A DNA stretch of 60,327 bases, counting the filler, from Catajapyx aquilonaris (taxonomy: Eukaryota), in NCBI GenBank assembly GCA_000934665.2. It is 2 parts of 2 records of this genome, joined end to end, with 100 filler letters (N's around TTAATTAATTAA, not from the genome) between each part and the next. Parts side by side here need not be neighbours in the genome. Positions count along the whole stretch, not along the records: positions 1 to 30,146 come from JYFJ02004686.1; 1 more part is not named here. One strand, 5' to 3'. The notes under the pieces were generated by a model. That model searched no databases. It worked only from the letters and a program-made list of their open reading frames with translations, and had not been told where the DNA came from. This document shows, piece by piece, positions 1 to 12,966 of this stretch (position 1 is the stretch's first letter; each line of letters starts with the position of its first letter). Made by a program: the position numbers and the translations under genes.

Positions 1-69
1 CCCAAAACGGTCACGTGGTATATGGACGACCCCTAACCGATAATTTAACCGGGAAAAAAAATGTACCGG

Positions 70-373
70 TGTCATAGGGGCAATATAAAACAAAGAAACT
101 GTGATATTAAACACAAAACTGTATGTATTTTGTATCACAGCCACGACTTAGGAATTCATATGCCTTACATAAAGTAGTATACAGTACACTACATAATTAT
201 ATACTTAAAGTAAGCCTACAGTTTAGGAAAAGAAGTCCAATATGCCTACATGTATTTTCTTTTGCTTCAGAGCTGAGACTCGGTTTTTTGCCGCTAAATC
301 TCGCGCGCGAATTTGAATTTGCCTATTCGAACGCTTTCTGTTGATCGGGGCTCGGATAATCGAGGCTCCACTG
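70..373 (-). mobile_element. pogo/Tigger-like MITE, partial copy
   Basis: Ends in CGGATAATCGAGGCTCCACTG-TA; the body is the reverse complement of 25610-25860. Confidence 0.7.
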
Positions 374-539
374 TATCTCAAAATCATGCAGCAAATGCCT
401 CAAAAATAAGGCTCTCCATCAATACCAGCTTTAATATCACATGGTTGAAATCATCACATCTTCAGAAAAAGTAAACGTGACTTTCATTGCACAGGCCACA
501 ACTTCAAAACTCCTTCAGTCATATTAGAATATCTTTATA

Positions 540-570
<31 letters not shown>

Positions 571-579
571 TAAAAAAAA

Positions 580-897
580 AAATCTACCCCGTGATGACCT
601 GGTGGGTCTATAGGGGGTGGTGGATTACCACCATTGTTATTTTTGGAGCGAGTTTAAGAAGATCTTAATTAGTGTACTCCAAGGGTTGGTAGGAGGGGAT
701 GTGCAAAGTGCATGTGCGCTGTCGTTAATTGGTCATTTTGTGAACTCCCCCGGGTGGATTAGTCTTTAGGAAATTTCCACCCGAAATGAAGCCAGAGATG
801 GCCCAACTCTGCACGGATAAAGGTGGGAACCCCGGGTGGGGATTGAACCCGGGACCTTCATATCCGTGGGCGCACGCGTTACCGCGACGCCACTTCA
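580..897 (-). mobile_element. tRNA-derived SINE (head 1, tail 1)
   Basis: A-box TGGCGTCGCGG and B-box GGTTCAATCCC on the minus strand, with an A/T-rich tail. Head is shared with copies at 29995, 31540 and 45180. Confidence 0.8.
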
Positions 898-1956
898 TCT
901 CCCTCACCCATATTAGAATATCATAACCTGGATTGACTTATATAGTGACAAATGACTTTTTCGAATCTCGCGCCACGATTGTGTTAACTTTTTGACTAGA
1001 TGGTAGATGTGTGGTAGAAAGCTCCTACAATTCGAGCGTTGTTGGCGGTCATGTTCCAAGTTCGCGAAATGCGACGATTTCAGCAAATTCGTCTGGCACA
1101 TTTCTCAAGGTAGATGATGAAGAGTAACAATGGAGCTAGAATGACACCGAAGTTAAGAGTTAATTTGACAGTTAACAACTGAAAGGGTCATTCCACGCCA
1201 GATTACCTGATGCCATGTGCTCTCACATCTCAGATTTTTTTCAACATTTTAACATGAGCAGCTATGTATGAGGTGACATCAAATTATTTTTACCAAAATC
1301 TTTGGTCCAAAATTGGGTTCAGGAGAAATTTTTGAAGTCGATTTTGTCGCGATTCAAGTGGTCGGAGCTGGGTCGGAGTTTCTGCGTCAGTTTAGAAAAA
1401 TCCTCGTAATTTACTTATTTTTTCACCAATTTAGCAGATTTTAGTGTCAAATTAAAGCTTTTTCTTCTCTCTTTACAAGTAAGATATAAAAGTGGTGCCA
1501 AGTGCTTCAGATAATTACTCTTGTGTATGTAAAGTAAGTTTTAGTAACTTTATACGTCAGTCGCTTCGACAAGCCACAGATCGCAAACCATAATATAACT
1601 AACACCAGTATGGATTTTTTTGTAGAATGAGATAACCATGTAGGCCTACTTGTTATATTTAAAAAATAGGGAGGGTGTATTTTGTGGTTATTAAATAAAA
1701 AATTAATTTGTTTGTAAAAATTATACTTCAAAATCAACCTTTCCATACCTAAGTTAAAGGTCTCTTTGAACCTGAAATAGCTCACACATTTGTCAGAATA
1801 GTTAAAATTGTACCCTCTAATGTTACAATACCATCTGATGTTATATTTGAAACATATTTCACTTAGGGGCCGTACATAATCCGCGCGGACAAGTGAAGGG
1901 GGGGAGGGGGGTTGCACTTTGTCCGCTTTTGTCCGTACAGGGGGGTGGGGGTAGTA

Positions 1957-2075
1957 CTCCTGTCATCCTGCCCGTGGGCCCGGGCGCTTCAATAATTAGG
2001 TTCCAAATATGTACAATTGTACATCGTACAAATAAAGGTCCGTGTATATGCCGAGAAGGCCAAGCACTACCCGGA

Positions 2076-2140
<65 letters not shown>
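1957..2140 (+). mobile_element. 5'-truncated SINE (tail 2) ending in (ATT)n
   Basis: CTCCTGTCATCCTGCCCGTGGGCCCGGGCG matches 31745-31775; (ATT)n at 2076-2140. Confidence 0.7.
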
Positions 2141-2142
<2 letters not shown>

Positions 2143-2804
2143 TTTAGAAATGAACCTGAGGCGCCACACAAACCTGAAGACAGCATTAAAATTAATTACA
2201 AAAAATCCACCACAGAATTTTAAAATGTTTATCACTGCTTGCAAATGTCGAATTTTCTGTGCATTTTTGAGTGCAGGGATTTAAAAAGCCATTTCACATT
2301 CATTCAATTGAGATTTTTTTATCGTAGCACATTGCACTGAGGTCTAAATACACAATGTCATCACATTTTAATTTATTAATAAATAACAATGTTAAATGCA
2401 GTTCAGCAAAGGGGTAGCAAATTCTGCAAACTGAAACGATATATCGACATTTTTAATTCAGCGACAAATTTTTTGTAATTAATTTCAATTCAGTCTTTGG
2501 GTTTGTGTGGCCCCTCAGGTTCGTCATTAAAATAAATCTTATGCTATGTAACAAATTAATGTAGTGGCAGCAATTATTACCAGATCCCACGGAAATTCAC
2601 TGTCCAAAGTGTAATAATATTTTTTCAGTTGTTAACTGTCAAATTAACTTTAACTCTGGTGCCATCCTAGCTCCATTGTTACTCTTCATCATTATCAATT
2701 CTAAAGTCCATGTAATCTTCACTGGGATTTTTTGTCACATTTTGTTTTCTCCCCCACCCCTCCACTTTTGGGGGGCGCGCGTAAACTATGGGATTTGGGT
2801 AAGG
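2140..2804 (-). mobile_element. Partial copy of a TA-target MITE (TIR CCTTACCCAAATCCCATAGTTTAC)
   Basis: Near-identical reverse complement of 28066-28735, ending GGGTAAGG-TA. A further fragment lies at about 1113-1183. Confidence 0.85.
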
Positions 2805-3412
2805 TAGCATGTGGAACTGTGAGGTTTTGAACATAGATCCGCACCATCCTACTGCGCATTCGGCCCTTTGATGAAGAATAGTTATTGAGCAAGAAATAAA
2901 ATAAAAACGAATTTTTGAGTGGGTTTTAATTTTTTGCGGCATTTTGAACAGGATTTCAGTTTAGCTATAAATGGTAGGAATGCACTTCACGACGGTGGGG
3001 ATCTGTGTTCAAAATTTGGAAGCTCTACCTGCAGCGGAATTTGAGTTGGGGCGAATAAAATATAAGTAGTAGGCCTAGTAGTAATGGTAGGAAAAATTCA
3101 TGGTTGAAAATAGTTGTACAGTAGCCTACAGTCTTATACTTAGGGGCTACCACCACTGAAAAATGCTAAGGAAGTTGTTTTTCATTTACTTTCAATCATA
3201 TACCGGATTATATTGTTGTCAAAACTATGATTTCGCAACCAATGATAACAATTGCGTCATTTTTTAAACTATTTTCTAATCTTATCGGGAATAATACGCC
3301 GTCAAGATGGAATGAACATCATGATAAAGTCTCTCGTCGGCATCCTTTTACTCTTGCCTCACTCCAGCAGGGAATATCAAATTCAAAATGAACTTAAATT
3401 GGCGTTTCTATC

Positions 3413-3454
3413 AAGAAGAAGAAGAAGAAGAAGAAGAAGAAGAAGAAGAAGAAG
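3413..3454. repeat. (GAA)n microsatellite
   Basis: Directly visible. Confidence 0.95.
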
Positions 3455-3867
3455 ACTACAGGTACTTTATAGCCTGAATAAGCGACAGACATTGGAATGT
3501 GTGAAGAAGATCTGATTTTCGTACAGGCCTACAGTGCAATAATATTCTTACGTACCATATACGGTAAGATGTTGTTAGAAATTTTGTTGCATACAAGGAA
3601 CAAAGAGTAAAGCGTAGTGCTGTACAGTACATAGATATTCAAGTATTAGTATTGGTCTGGTATTGGTGTAGTATACAGGGCTAGAAATTAACATTGTTTA
3701 TAAAACTGCTAACTATGCATTTCAGCGTAACACACGGCAAAATGAAGCAATCTTACTCTTTTGTGAATGACCAATCGAAACTTAAGTGCAAACTGTGACC
3801 AATCAAAAGTAACGACTTCAAAATATGCATGTGGCATTTGACGTCGGGGGAACGGGAAAATAATATA

Positions 3868-4630
3868 CAGGGTCATCGAAAACGAATGCGCGTATTTAAA
3901 AACCCTATAACTCGAAGGCTTGTATACAGTAGACATATATTAGTCATTTAAGACTTGAAATGCTAAGAAAGGTCTCAAGTTTTGGTCTCACTTTAGTTTG
4001 TTTCAATATGAGCTTTATTTGTCGCTCTGCAGATTTTAAAAGGCGGTATTCGGTCTCGTGCCAAACCCACTCAATCATATCTGGAGACCTGGAGTTACCG
4101 TTGCAATCCTAACCCGTAAGTGCTGGATATGATGGGTCTCTACACCACACACATTGTTCTTGATGATGCACATAAAAAGTTGCCTCATCCATTAAACAAA
4201 CCTGCCGTTGGAAAAGTTTCATTTGTTCGGCGTCCCAGTGTGCCAAGTCTTGAATGAGAAGTTTCTCAATGCCTAGATCCAACAGGAGCCCATAATATCT
4301 TACTCCGATTGACTTTTTTGTGGTGACAAAAAAAGTCAATCGGAGTAAGATATTATGGACTCCTGTTGGATGAAAAGATTCGGCATCTCCAGCACCAATG
4401 GGAAAATATTGCAAAAGTAACGCCAGACATGTCTGAGCGGGCTAGGCACGACATCGATTACCAGATTTATATTTTTCGAGCGACAAATGGAGCTCATGTT
4501 GAAACAAGCAATGGTAAGACCAAAACCTGATACCTTTCTTGGCATTTTAAAACTTAAATCATTTGGATATGTCGACAAGTTTTCAAGTTTTAGGGTTTTA
4601 AAATACGCGAATTCTTTTCCGATGACCCTA
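3868..4630 (-). mobile_element. Decayed, internally deleted Tc1/mariner-superfamily transposon
   Basis: TIRs CAGGGTCATCGAAAACGAATGCGCGTATTT / AAATACGCGAATTCTTTTCCGATGACCCT, with TA on the left. Minus-strand fragments LMDEATFYV (first catalytic D motif) and IKNNVC...SPDMIEWVWHETEYR...ICRATNKAHIE (typical transposase C-terminus) are broken by frameshifts. Confidence 0.75.
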
Positions 4631-5044
4631 TCTGTATTGTTGTTGCTAGTTTTATCACTCTATTGCCAATGAGTAGCCTAAGGGTTTTCAACTACCGTAT
4701 AGAAATGACGGGGGCGGGGGGGGGGGGGGGGNCACCGCACCGCCTCGCATAGCGAGTCTCAATGACGGAGCGGTTCCACTTTGATTGGTCACTCTACAGT
4801 GTCAACATTGTCTACAGTAGGGCTATACATTTTTGGATGTCGCATATATTGGTCTTGGAAGGAACTTAATATTTCTTATTACATTAACATGTAAATGATA
4901 GGGAAAATATTGCTGGTCAGGCTTCAATCTTACAGGAAGTACTGTACTGTACAGTACCATCTTGCAATGAAACCTGTCTTTATAACAAAGTCATTCTGTT
5001 TGGTCCATTTTTCCTGTATTGAATAGCAAAGAATTTGCTCTTGT

Positions 5045-5952
5045 TGTCACGAAGGCAATTTCAAGAGGTATCCATAGCCTCGTTATTAAGCAGAGGAAAT
5101 GACATACTAAACGTGCTTTCGGGAGAAAAATAACCTATTTATTCTCACACCCAAAAAATTCAGGCTAAAGGACAAGTCCTCATAGAGTAAGGTTCACAAT
5201 CAAATTGGGAAAGGTAAATGGACGGCCGGGAAAGGGTAAATTAACAATTCCAACAGGCCTGAACAACCCCTCAAAAATGTACTCACAAATGAGTGTCCAT
5301 ACCAGGAACACTTGACTAGTATGGAACAACAACTCCACAAGTGGCACTTTCAATCAACTTCGAGCTCCACTTTCACTGAGCATCACCGAAGTGAAGGAAA
5401 ACAAAAAAAAAGGTATGCACCTAGTGCAAATAGTATCGCCATGCACGAATGATTAAACTCCGATGATCCAGCTCCGGATCTTCGGTGTCGTGCTGACAAT
5501 TGGGTTGGCCGACATCACCAGTTAGTCGTACCTTCAGACGCGTGATTCCTACGCTTCACAATGGTCGCCAATACACTGACACGTACAATTAACCGTGCCA
5601 AGAACGCAACACGCCCAATTGGGAGGGGGAGGGAAGGCAAAAAGAAAACAGCCGTGTACAATTTTACCACGCTGTAGTCCTTCAAAACTCTACTGAGGAG
5701 TAACGGAGACAACACCCCGTGACTCAGCAAGACCCCAATTTACGTACGAGCACGAAACACTCGCGTACAACCCCAAGGGCAAAAGATTGAAGTGACTCCA
5801 GCGTTAACTGAGCACCACCGGCTCTGCTGGAGAGTCGTCACCCACTGGCCTGCAAGGCCAGGAATAATCCCAACAAAAAAATCCTATCGACAAAGCAGTT
5901 CCATATCATTTCAAGTCCGTGAGACTAGCTAAGTCAAATGTCACACGTGACA
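5045..5952 (-). mobile_element. Solo LTR (Gypsy or Bel-Pao type)
   Basis: Termini TGTCACG...CGTGACA; flanks CTTGT / ATTGT (4/5 match of a 5-bp TSD); AATAAA near the 3' end on the minus strand (about 5138-5143); no coding capacity. Confidence 0.65.
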
Positions 5953-6969
5953 ATTGTTATACGAGAAAGATTGATTTATAATCACATGCCCCCCCCCCCT
6001 CCTCCATTATTCTCTCTTCTTTATACCCTATGGTATATTATACATTTAATTAATATTACTCTTTTCCTTCATTCCATTGTAATGGTATTTTTCTGTTCTT
6101 TATTCCCTTTATTATCATATTAACGTTATAATTATTAATTCCTGAACATTATCAATGTATTATCTATACTACCTTTATATATGAGACATTTATATATTAT
6201 TATAACTATCTGACTAGCCCCCAGCTGTGTGTAGTCTTTCTCTTTTTTAAAACCATCAATCCGGGATTAATGTTCTTCGGGACTTTATTTATTCCGGGAC
6301 CCTAGAAATTGAACGATGGGTCCGAGAAAACCATACATCCGGTAGCGATAGATTGAGGCTTCACTGTAAATACTGTTGATATGCATAATTGACGGGGTGA
6401 CAATGCAAAGTTCCTAAGTGCCAAAACCCTGATTTTGAGTTATGCACGTTTCTTTCTCCTCAACAAAACAAAACAACATAGGCAACCTCCCCATCTACTG
6501 GCCAAATGCAGAACCTTACTGATTTTTCTGGCACTTGGGACTTCTACCCAACATTGGCGATGGTACATAGGATACCTTGACACTCATAACTCAAATCTGG
6601 ATTTTTTTGGCACTTTAGGACCTTTGCATTGTCTCCCCTTCAATTATGTTCGAGACAGTTTAGACAACTTGAAGAATTGGTTATCTTGAATGTGATGGAA
6701 CCTGCCCTCCCTATCCCATCCGATAACAGTGTCATCAGCTTGGCATCTTGTCGTGACCTTTGCAACGACATCTACATTAAGAAAACAACACACCTTTCTT
6801 CACTGATTGTTTCTACTACACAAGAGATGAAATGGTACCGAAGGCACCACCTCTTCACGGCGAGATAATTGTTAATGGAATTGCTCTGATTTCTGATTAG
6901 ATATGTCACCTGTTGGAAATTCCCAATTTTTTGGCTATGGAGGGTGTGGAGTGGTGGGGTAAAGTGATG

Positions 6970-7020
6970 TATTATATCCCCGCTCTGCGAACTGGTTCAT
7001 TCATTCATTCATTCATCGTC
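6970..7020 (+). promoter_or_regulatory. Putative core promoter (TATA-like plus Inr-like TCATT repeats) of the secreted-protein gene
   Basis: TATTATA at 6970-6977 lies about 25-30 nt upstream of (TTCA)n/TCATT at about 6996-7017, just before the ATG at 7031. Confidence 0.35.
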
Positions 7021-7030
7021 GTGTAGCACA

Positions 7031-10000
7031 ATGACTAGCAGAAAGTTTTTTCTTGTCGTTGTTGCACTGCTGGCTGGTAAGAATAACTTACAACTTATGT
7101 ACTAATGGCTGGTTTTATGAACATGAGTTAAAGTCAACTATACGGAGTTATTAGTCTCTACTATATCGCCCAAAAAGATAGAGACGATTTTGCATTTGAC
7201 TCAAGTGCAACTTGCACTGCACTTGAATCAAATGCCAATCGTCTCTGTCTTTTTGAGCGATATAGTACATAAACATGAGATATAAACATAGCTAACCTTA
7301 ATTCATGTTAATACAACAAAAGTTACAATATATTGATATTTCTATGAAAATTTAATAATTATGTTTCAGCCTTTGGGTCTTGCAGTCCTGTGAATGAATG
7401 TTCAACTGAAGTACTGCAGTCAAAGTTAACGGAACTGCAGAAAAAGTTCGATGGACATATTCCACTGAATGTGTACCAACTCCGAAAGACTTGCAAGTAT
7501 GATATATTTTTTTTAAACTGTGCATGAAAACGACACAACTATAAATAAGCATTCGCTTTCATTACATTACCCAGGGTTCGGAAATTTAACCTACCGTCGC
7601 TTTGGGAAATGATAGGGGGGTTCTAGGCCATCACTTTGAGTATATGCAACATGGGTCTCCGATGCATAGTTACCGAGATAATGTGCTTCAAACACAAGGT
7701 ATAAAATATCCAGGCGCGTATGCGTCCCTCCACGCGACCTTACGGTTTCCATTTAAATTTAAGGTGTTACCATGTAATTTAATTTTAATTTACGATCTTG
7801 TTCGGTGTAGCAGGGAATGGCCTAGTAGGCGATGTAAGTGTCGTAAGCAGTAATCGAAACCTATAAGCTGAGATAATGCACTTTTTATTTAATGCTAATT
7901 ATCTCGGCAACTATGCGCCGGAGACCCATGTTGCATATATAGTGATCGCCTAGAACCCCCCTATCACTTCTCAAAGCGACGGTAGATTAAATTTTCGAAC
8001 CCTGTACAATATTCTACGTATATTCAAGAACAGTTGTCTTTTTATCTTTCTTTTCCATAATTGCGCAGTAATAACACTATACGTACTTCACGTATTACAG
8101 GTTAATTCCAGAGTGGGAAAGCGATTTGTTCAACATTGTGAAACCTTGCATTCCAACATTTGTGCAATCGTTACTGAAGGATGTGCTGAAAAAAGTTACA
8201 GACAATGTCCTGAGTCATCTGTGTGACCTCGGAGAACTTCAAGATTGTAAGTAGGCTACAGTCATGTATTTGAAGATATATATATATATATATCTTCAAA
8301 TACATGACTGTAGCCTACTATATATATATATATATATATACCGTATATATATAGGGTGCTCCAGAATTTTTTTAAAGTGCAATTAACTTGAAACGCAATT
8401 AAATTTATTTAAATTTTTAAAGTCACTATCAAATTGTTACTATGGTTACATAATACTACTAAAACACTGTACTTTGAGAAATTCCTACGAGTGCAGACGC
8501 CGCATGTTGTCAAAAACTTTCAGGCGGGAGGGGGTATGTTTAGCTCCTGCTGGGAGGCGGAAAAACTGATAAGTGTGCGCCATGGTAGTTGAGCCCCCTT
8601 CCACGAGGTGGTAGGAGCAGTTTGAGCCTAAAACTGCGCCATTTTTGTGCAAATTTTAGCGCTCCCAGTTCAAAAACCAGCAGGACATCATATGATGTCC
8701 GTAGCAATTAAAGGGTTAAACGTGACCATTTTTAGTGAACTCCCCCGGGTGGTTTAGTCTGTTGGAAATACCACCCTATTGCACAATACCTAACACTAAA
8801 ATGATTACTGAGGTATTAACACTTTAAAATCACGTAACGCCTGCATTTTTGACGTTATATGTTTCAAGTAAGTTATTATAATATCAGGCGACCGGTGTAG
8901 AGTAATCCCAATGAGATTAATGTAAGAGAAATACATTACGTATAATGAACCATACTAACAGAATACATTGTTTTTACTTGAGTGTACTTGAAGTCAGCTG
9001 ATTGCCTGCATCGCAACTCACCTTCAATGCTGGCTTGTGGAGAACAACTGCAGGAAGAGTTGCTCCCCACAGTGGTCAATTTTTCAATCCCCAACATGTG
9101 TTGGTAAGTGATATTTGAAATCTGAGTTAAAGATACTTTGCTCTAATGACTCTTCTTTTTTTCACGAATAATTTTTATTAGTCCTATGGCTCAAGCTCAA
9201 TTCTGCGCTCAGAATGCAGCTCAAAGCAGCTGTGGTCAAGATGCTGTTGAATTTTTCAACCGGACATTTGGACTTCTAGAATCCGTCAATTTGTACCAGG
9301 CAAGTTTATACACAGTTTATCTCATTCCCTGAAGTTTTTCCGATGATATGATCCAATGTATTCTACAAAATAATATAGGATAGTCAGTAAAGGGTCACCA
9401 AGTTAAGTGTGACAAACATAGTACGTATACAGGACTACTAGAGTATTTTGGCGCGCTGTAATAAAGGATACATAATGCTCAGTTTTGTCACCTTGTCTTA
9501 CCATTCAAAACTAACTCTGAGTTAAACTGCAAGTAGTTAGAGTACACTCTTTGATTAATTTGGTGAGAAATAATTAGACGTCCTCTCAATTTTTAGTTTG
9601 AATGTGCTTACTACTCGAGGGAACGGCGCCATTGCATAGTGTAGATCTCCGAAAAGATAATCTAATAGTACAATAAAGTGAGACCATCTGCTTATCTGGT
9701 TTGAAAAGAATGGGAAAAGATAAATGTGGAGTCCTGATGATCGGACGTCATAATGAGATTTCATATTTTGTAGGCCTACACACATCATAACTAGCCAACT
9801 TGGTACGAGACATTTCCACTGACACAGGCGTGAGATTATTTCTGCTACAAAATTGCAGTTTATTTTCACTAAATCCTTCTGCGAGAAGTTGTCAAAGATT
9901 CACAGGGAAATCGTTATGATTGTTACGCCAGCGAAACTGAGCGTATAGCTGGCATGATGCGGCAGTAATATTACCATGCCCGAAAAATTCAGATTAGTCT

Positions 10001-10523
10001 ATGTGAAGCTGGTGAATCTTTAAATTCAGTGAAAATTACAGAGTAGTTAATAAAGCCCTCATGATGGGAGAGTTAGGCGATTCTTTGATTTGTTGCCAAA
10101 TGACGGCGTCATTTTTGAATGAGAATCATCGACTTCCAGTACTTAGCAATATTTTGTTCACGTGACATGCCCATATCAATGGTTGTGGAATGGTCCAACC
10201 TCCCATGATGTTCACTCCGTGCAAAGTCATTAACTAAAATGTACTGTAAGAGTATGACTTTCTCTCTTTACAACTTACTGTGGTGCTGTACTACATGCCA
10301 TCAGTTTGCATGCCGAGATCAAGATTGCTCTGCATGGTTCACCACCTTGCCTCCTACCACCACACATGTGACTCATTACACAACGGCAGTAGAACCCACA
10401 TCCAGTTTGACTACGACAGAAGCTCCTCCAACACCACCACCACATGATCGCAGCAGTGAAGAGGTCGATGTGGACGTCGATGTTGCAGTACATGTTCATT
10501 TTCACGAGTCGAAAAAAGATTAG
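7031..10523 (+). CDS. Secreted Cys-rich protein, 258 aa, 6 exons: 7031-7076, 7370-7496, 8101-8246, 8983-9103, 9182-9299, 10305-10523
   Basis: Exon lengths 46+127+146+121+118+219 = 777 nt and all phases join without stops. Donors are GT except GC at 9300; acceptors are AG. Protein: MTSRKFFLVVVALLAAFGSCSP (signal-peptide-like) VNECSTEVLQSKLTELQKKFDGHIPLNVYQLRKTCKLIPEWESDLFNIVKPCIPTFVQSLLKDVLKKVTDNVLSHLCDLGELQDLYLKSADCLHRNSPSMLACGEQLQEELLPTVVNFSIPNMCCPMAQAQFCAQNAAQSSCGQDAVEFFNRTFGLLESVNLYQFACRDQDCSAWFTTLPPTTT...HFHESKKD*. AATAAA at 10620-10625. Confidence 0.85.
7161..7265. mobile_element. Short palindromic MITE in intron 1 of the secreted-protein gene
   Basis: CTATATCGCCCAAAAAGATAGAGACG...CGTCTCTGTCTTTTTGAGCGATATAG, TA-flanked; second copy at 29001-29100. 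Confidence 0.85.
7572..8004. mobile_element. Tc1/mariner-type MITE in intron 2
   Basis: TIRs of about 110 bp starting CAGGGTTCG(G/A)AAATTTAA; TA at the right end. Confidence 0.8.
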
Positions 10524-12155
10524 CAGGTTACTCTATGAATAAGTAAGCTTGCAATAATTCAGAAATGCATCACTGGATGTATTGATTTCTCTCGTCGCTG
10601 TATTACTTCATGCAATATTAATAAACATGATTAAGTGTAGGATAATTAGGACTTTCCGCTAAGTAAACAATACACTGGGATGACCGTTCTATGAAAACGT
10701 TTGAGCATTTTTATTAGCTAGCATTAACATTAGGTGTTAGCTGCTATATTCACTTCAGGCAGTAACACCCAGCACTTACAAGAAAGAAGTACAAATGCCA
10801 GAATATCTGGTACATGCCAACACAGAAAACAACAGTTGTCCACGTAATCCCCCATCCCTCACCTTTCTCTCTGGCTTCAATCGCTCTCAACCAGTACACA
10901 TTACATACAAGAAGACACCCACCATGGCCTTCCTTCATCACTCGCTTTTAAATGACTCTGGCTCATCAGGATTTGGTGATAAAGATTATTCGACAAATCG
11001 ATGCCAATGCCATCTCTCAAACAGTACGACTTTTTTGAAGGACTGAAATACTCTACATCACATTTGATTGGCGTCATTACATGCATGTGCAGCATTTAAT
11101 TTGTGCGACTAATATTAATCACAGTAGGCCTACAGATGGGTTTTTCATCGGTATTGGGGGATTATGAAGGCTATTACAACGAGGACTTGGAAAATATAAA
11201 CAGCTACGAGTAATAATATAACATTTCCTTCCTTGTATACCTATATACAGTATTTTCTTAAAAACATCGAGAGCGTTCGCCTCCTCCTAATCCGCCCTAC
11301 CCCACTCCTGACCAAAACGAACCAAAATGTGCTCTGGAGTTGTTGATGTTTAATTTCTTAAATCTGTGTGCTCTTTGAACTTAATTGAATTCGGCTTAAT
11401 TTTTATTACACTCATTGCTGACTTACCAAGACCTAAACATTCTTGGCCTTATTCTGATCAGTCATCAGACATAATAAAAAATCAGCAGTGGCGTGTACTC
11501 TTTAATTCTGATTAAATTAATTTCAATGTACAATATACTTTGATGTAGGAGGTTCTGTGTATTAATTATTATTTTGAGAGAAAGTTGTGGGCCTTTCATA
11601 AAAGTTATAGAGAAAAGTAAATGCTTTTCAACGTAACTTTTGGAACTACTGCATTCTCAAAAAAAAATGCCACTTATCTGCCTTTTAATACCGGTACGAC
11701 AAAATTAATGTGAAACAATGTGGGTATAGAGAAACAATTCGAAGTATAAGTTACGGCATGTGGATTTAACCAAGCCTTTCAACTGCTTTCAACGGAATGG
11801 GACATACTGTGAGTTTGCAAATAATAGACTTATAAAGAGAATACAACACCAACATTGGAATAGTATGAAGATTCATTTCTTTGTAGAAAATTGCTTGTTA
11901 ATGTTTTCCCCAATTTTGAGAAAATTCTATATTTACTCAAAATTGGTCGCTTACAACTTCATCACGAAAAATAATTTGATTTACACATCAGTGCCATTGA
12001 GCAATGGAGATTTTGTAGGGTTTTAGATAAAACTTGCCCATTTGTATGGAATGCACATTTTTGTACATGACTTCTTAGTGTATCATTATTTCATAAAAGG
12101 CAGCAAGGGTTAAATGCCTGCAGCTATCATAAAAAATTTGTGCATCTCTTAAAAC

Positions 12156-12881
12156 CTACAAAAATACGTATGATGAAGCATCTGTAAAATTAGAAAACGA
12201 ATCCAGTTGAACCGGTTCCAATGGCGTAAGTTCAGTGTACTTCTGTTCGGAGGACTCATTCAATGTGTGGCATGGCACAGTGGAAGTTTGGTCCAGGATG
12301 AGCAATGATTTTTCTCCTATGTCTTGTTTTTCACCCAGAGGCTGCGAGCCATCAAACTCCAGAAAATGGTATTGCAACATGTCATCTTTGGATCTGTCAG
12401 ACAATACCGTGGCCTTCTCCACGAAAGGCCTGATTGATATGCTGCGCAATCTTTTAAATTCTTCTTCAATGGCTGTGCTTTCCAACATAGCTACCACCAT
12501 CGGGTCGTCAACGCCAAACTGTTGGAAGTTACTATGATAAGTCATTCCTATTGGATTAAGCATGATTATACAGTACAAGTAACTGACCTTCTTCTTAGAA
12601 CGGGACTGTCGACGTTGCTTTGGCTTAGGAAATTTGATTCCTTTGCTTTCCTTCTTCTGCACTGCTCTCTTAGGTAGGCTAATTTTTGGTTTTGGTTTCC
12701 CTTCTTTCTTTTCTTTCTCGCCATTATTTTTTTCCAGCTCTTCTCCTTTAAGGATCTTCCGCTTTTTGCCTTCTTTCGGTTTGTAGACATAATCTTATGA
12801 TACAGAATACAGGCGAAAAAGTGTAAAATAATGCAGGTAAAGGAAGCAAGTAGGCCTATATTTAAAATGATATGTAAAACG

Positions 12882-12966
<85 letters not shown>

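Noticed and set aside
841..897. tRNA-like A/B boxes (also near 30000, 31550, 32500, 33940, 45150 and 57610)
   Set aside because: No complete cloverleaf; each continues into a shared SINE body.
2679..2942. Similar peptides LPYPNPIVYA...DFRIDNDEE in ORFs 2679-2942 and 27997-28191
   Set aside because: The similarity comes from two copies of the same non-coding MITE.
1893..3515. ORFs with poly-Y/N/I/L/R runs (also 32555-32863 and 40037-40292)
   Set aside because: They are translations of (ATT)n and (GAA)n microsatellites or SINE tails, not genes.
9730..9760. CTGATGA core suggesting a hammerhead ribozyme
   Set aside because: No matching GAAA and stem architecture nearby.
10901..11095. Minus-strand ORF as a possible final exon of the HMG gene
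   Set aside because: The upstream exon already has an in-frame stop at 12156-12158 and no convincing phase-matched donor; left unassigned.
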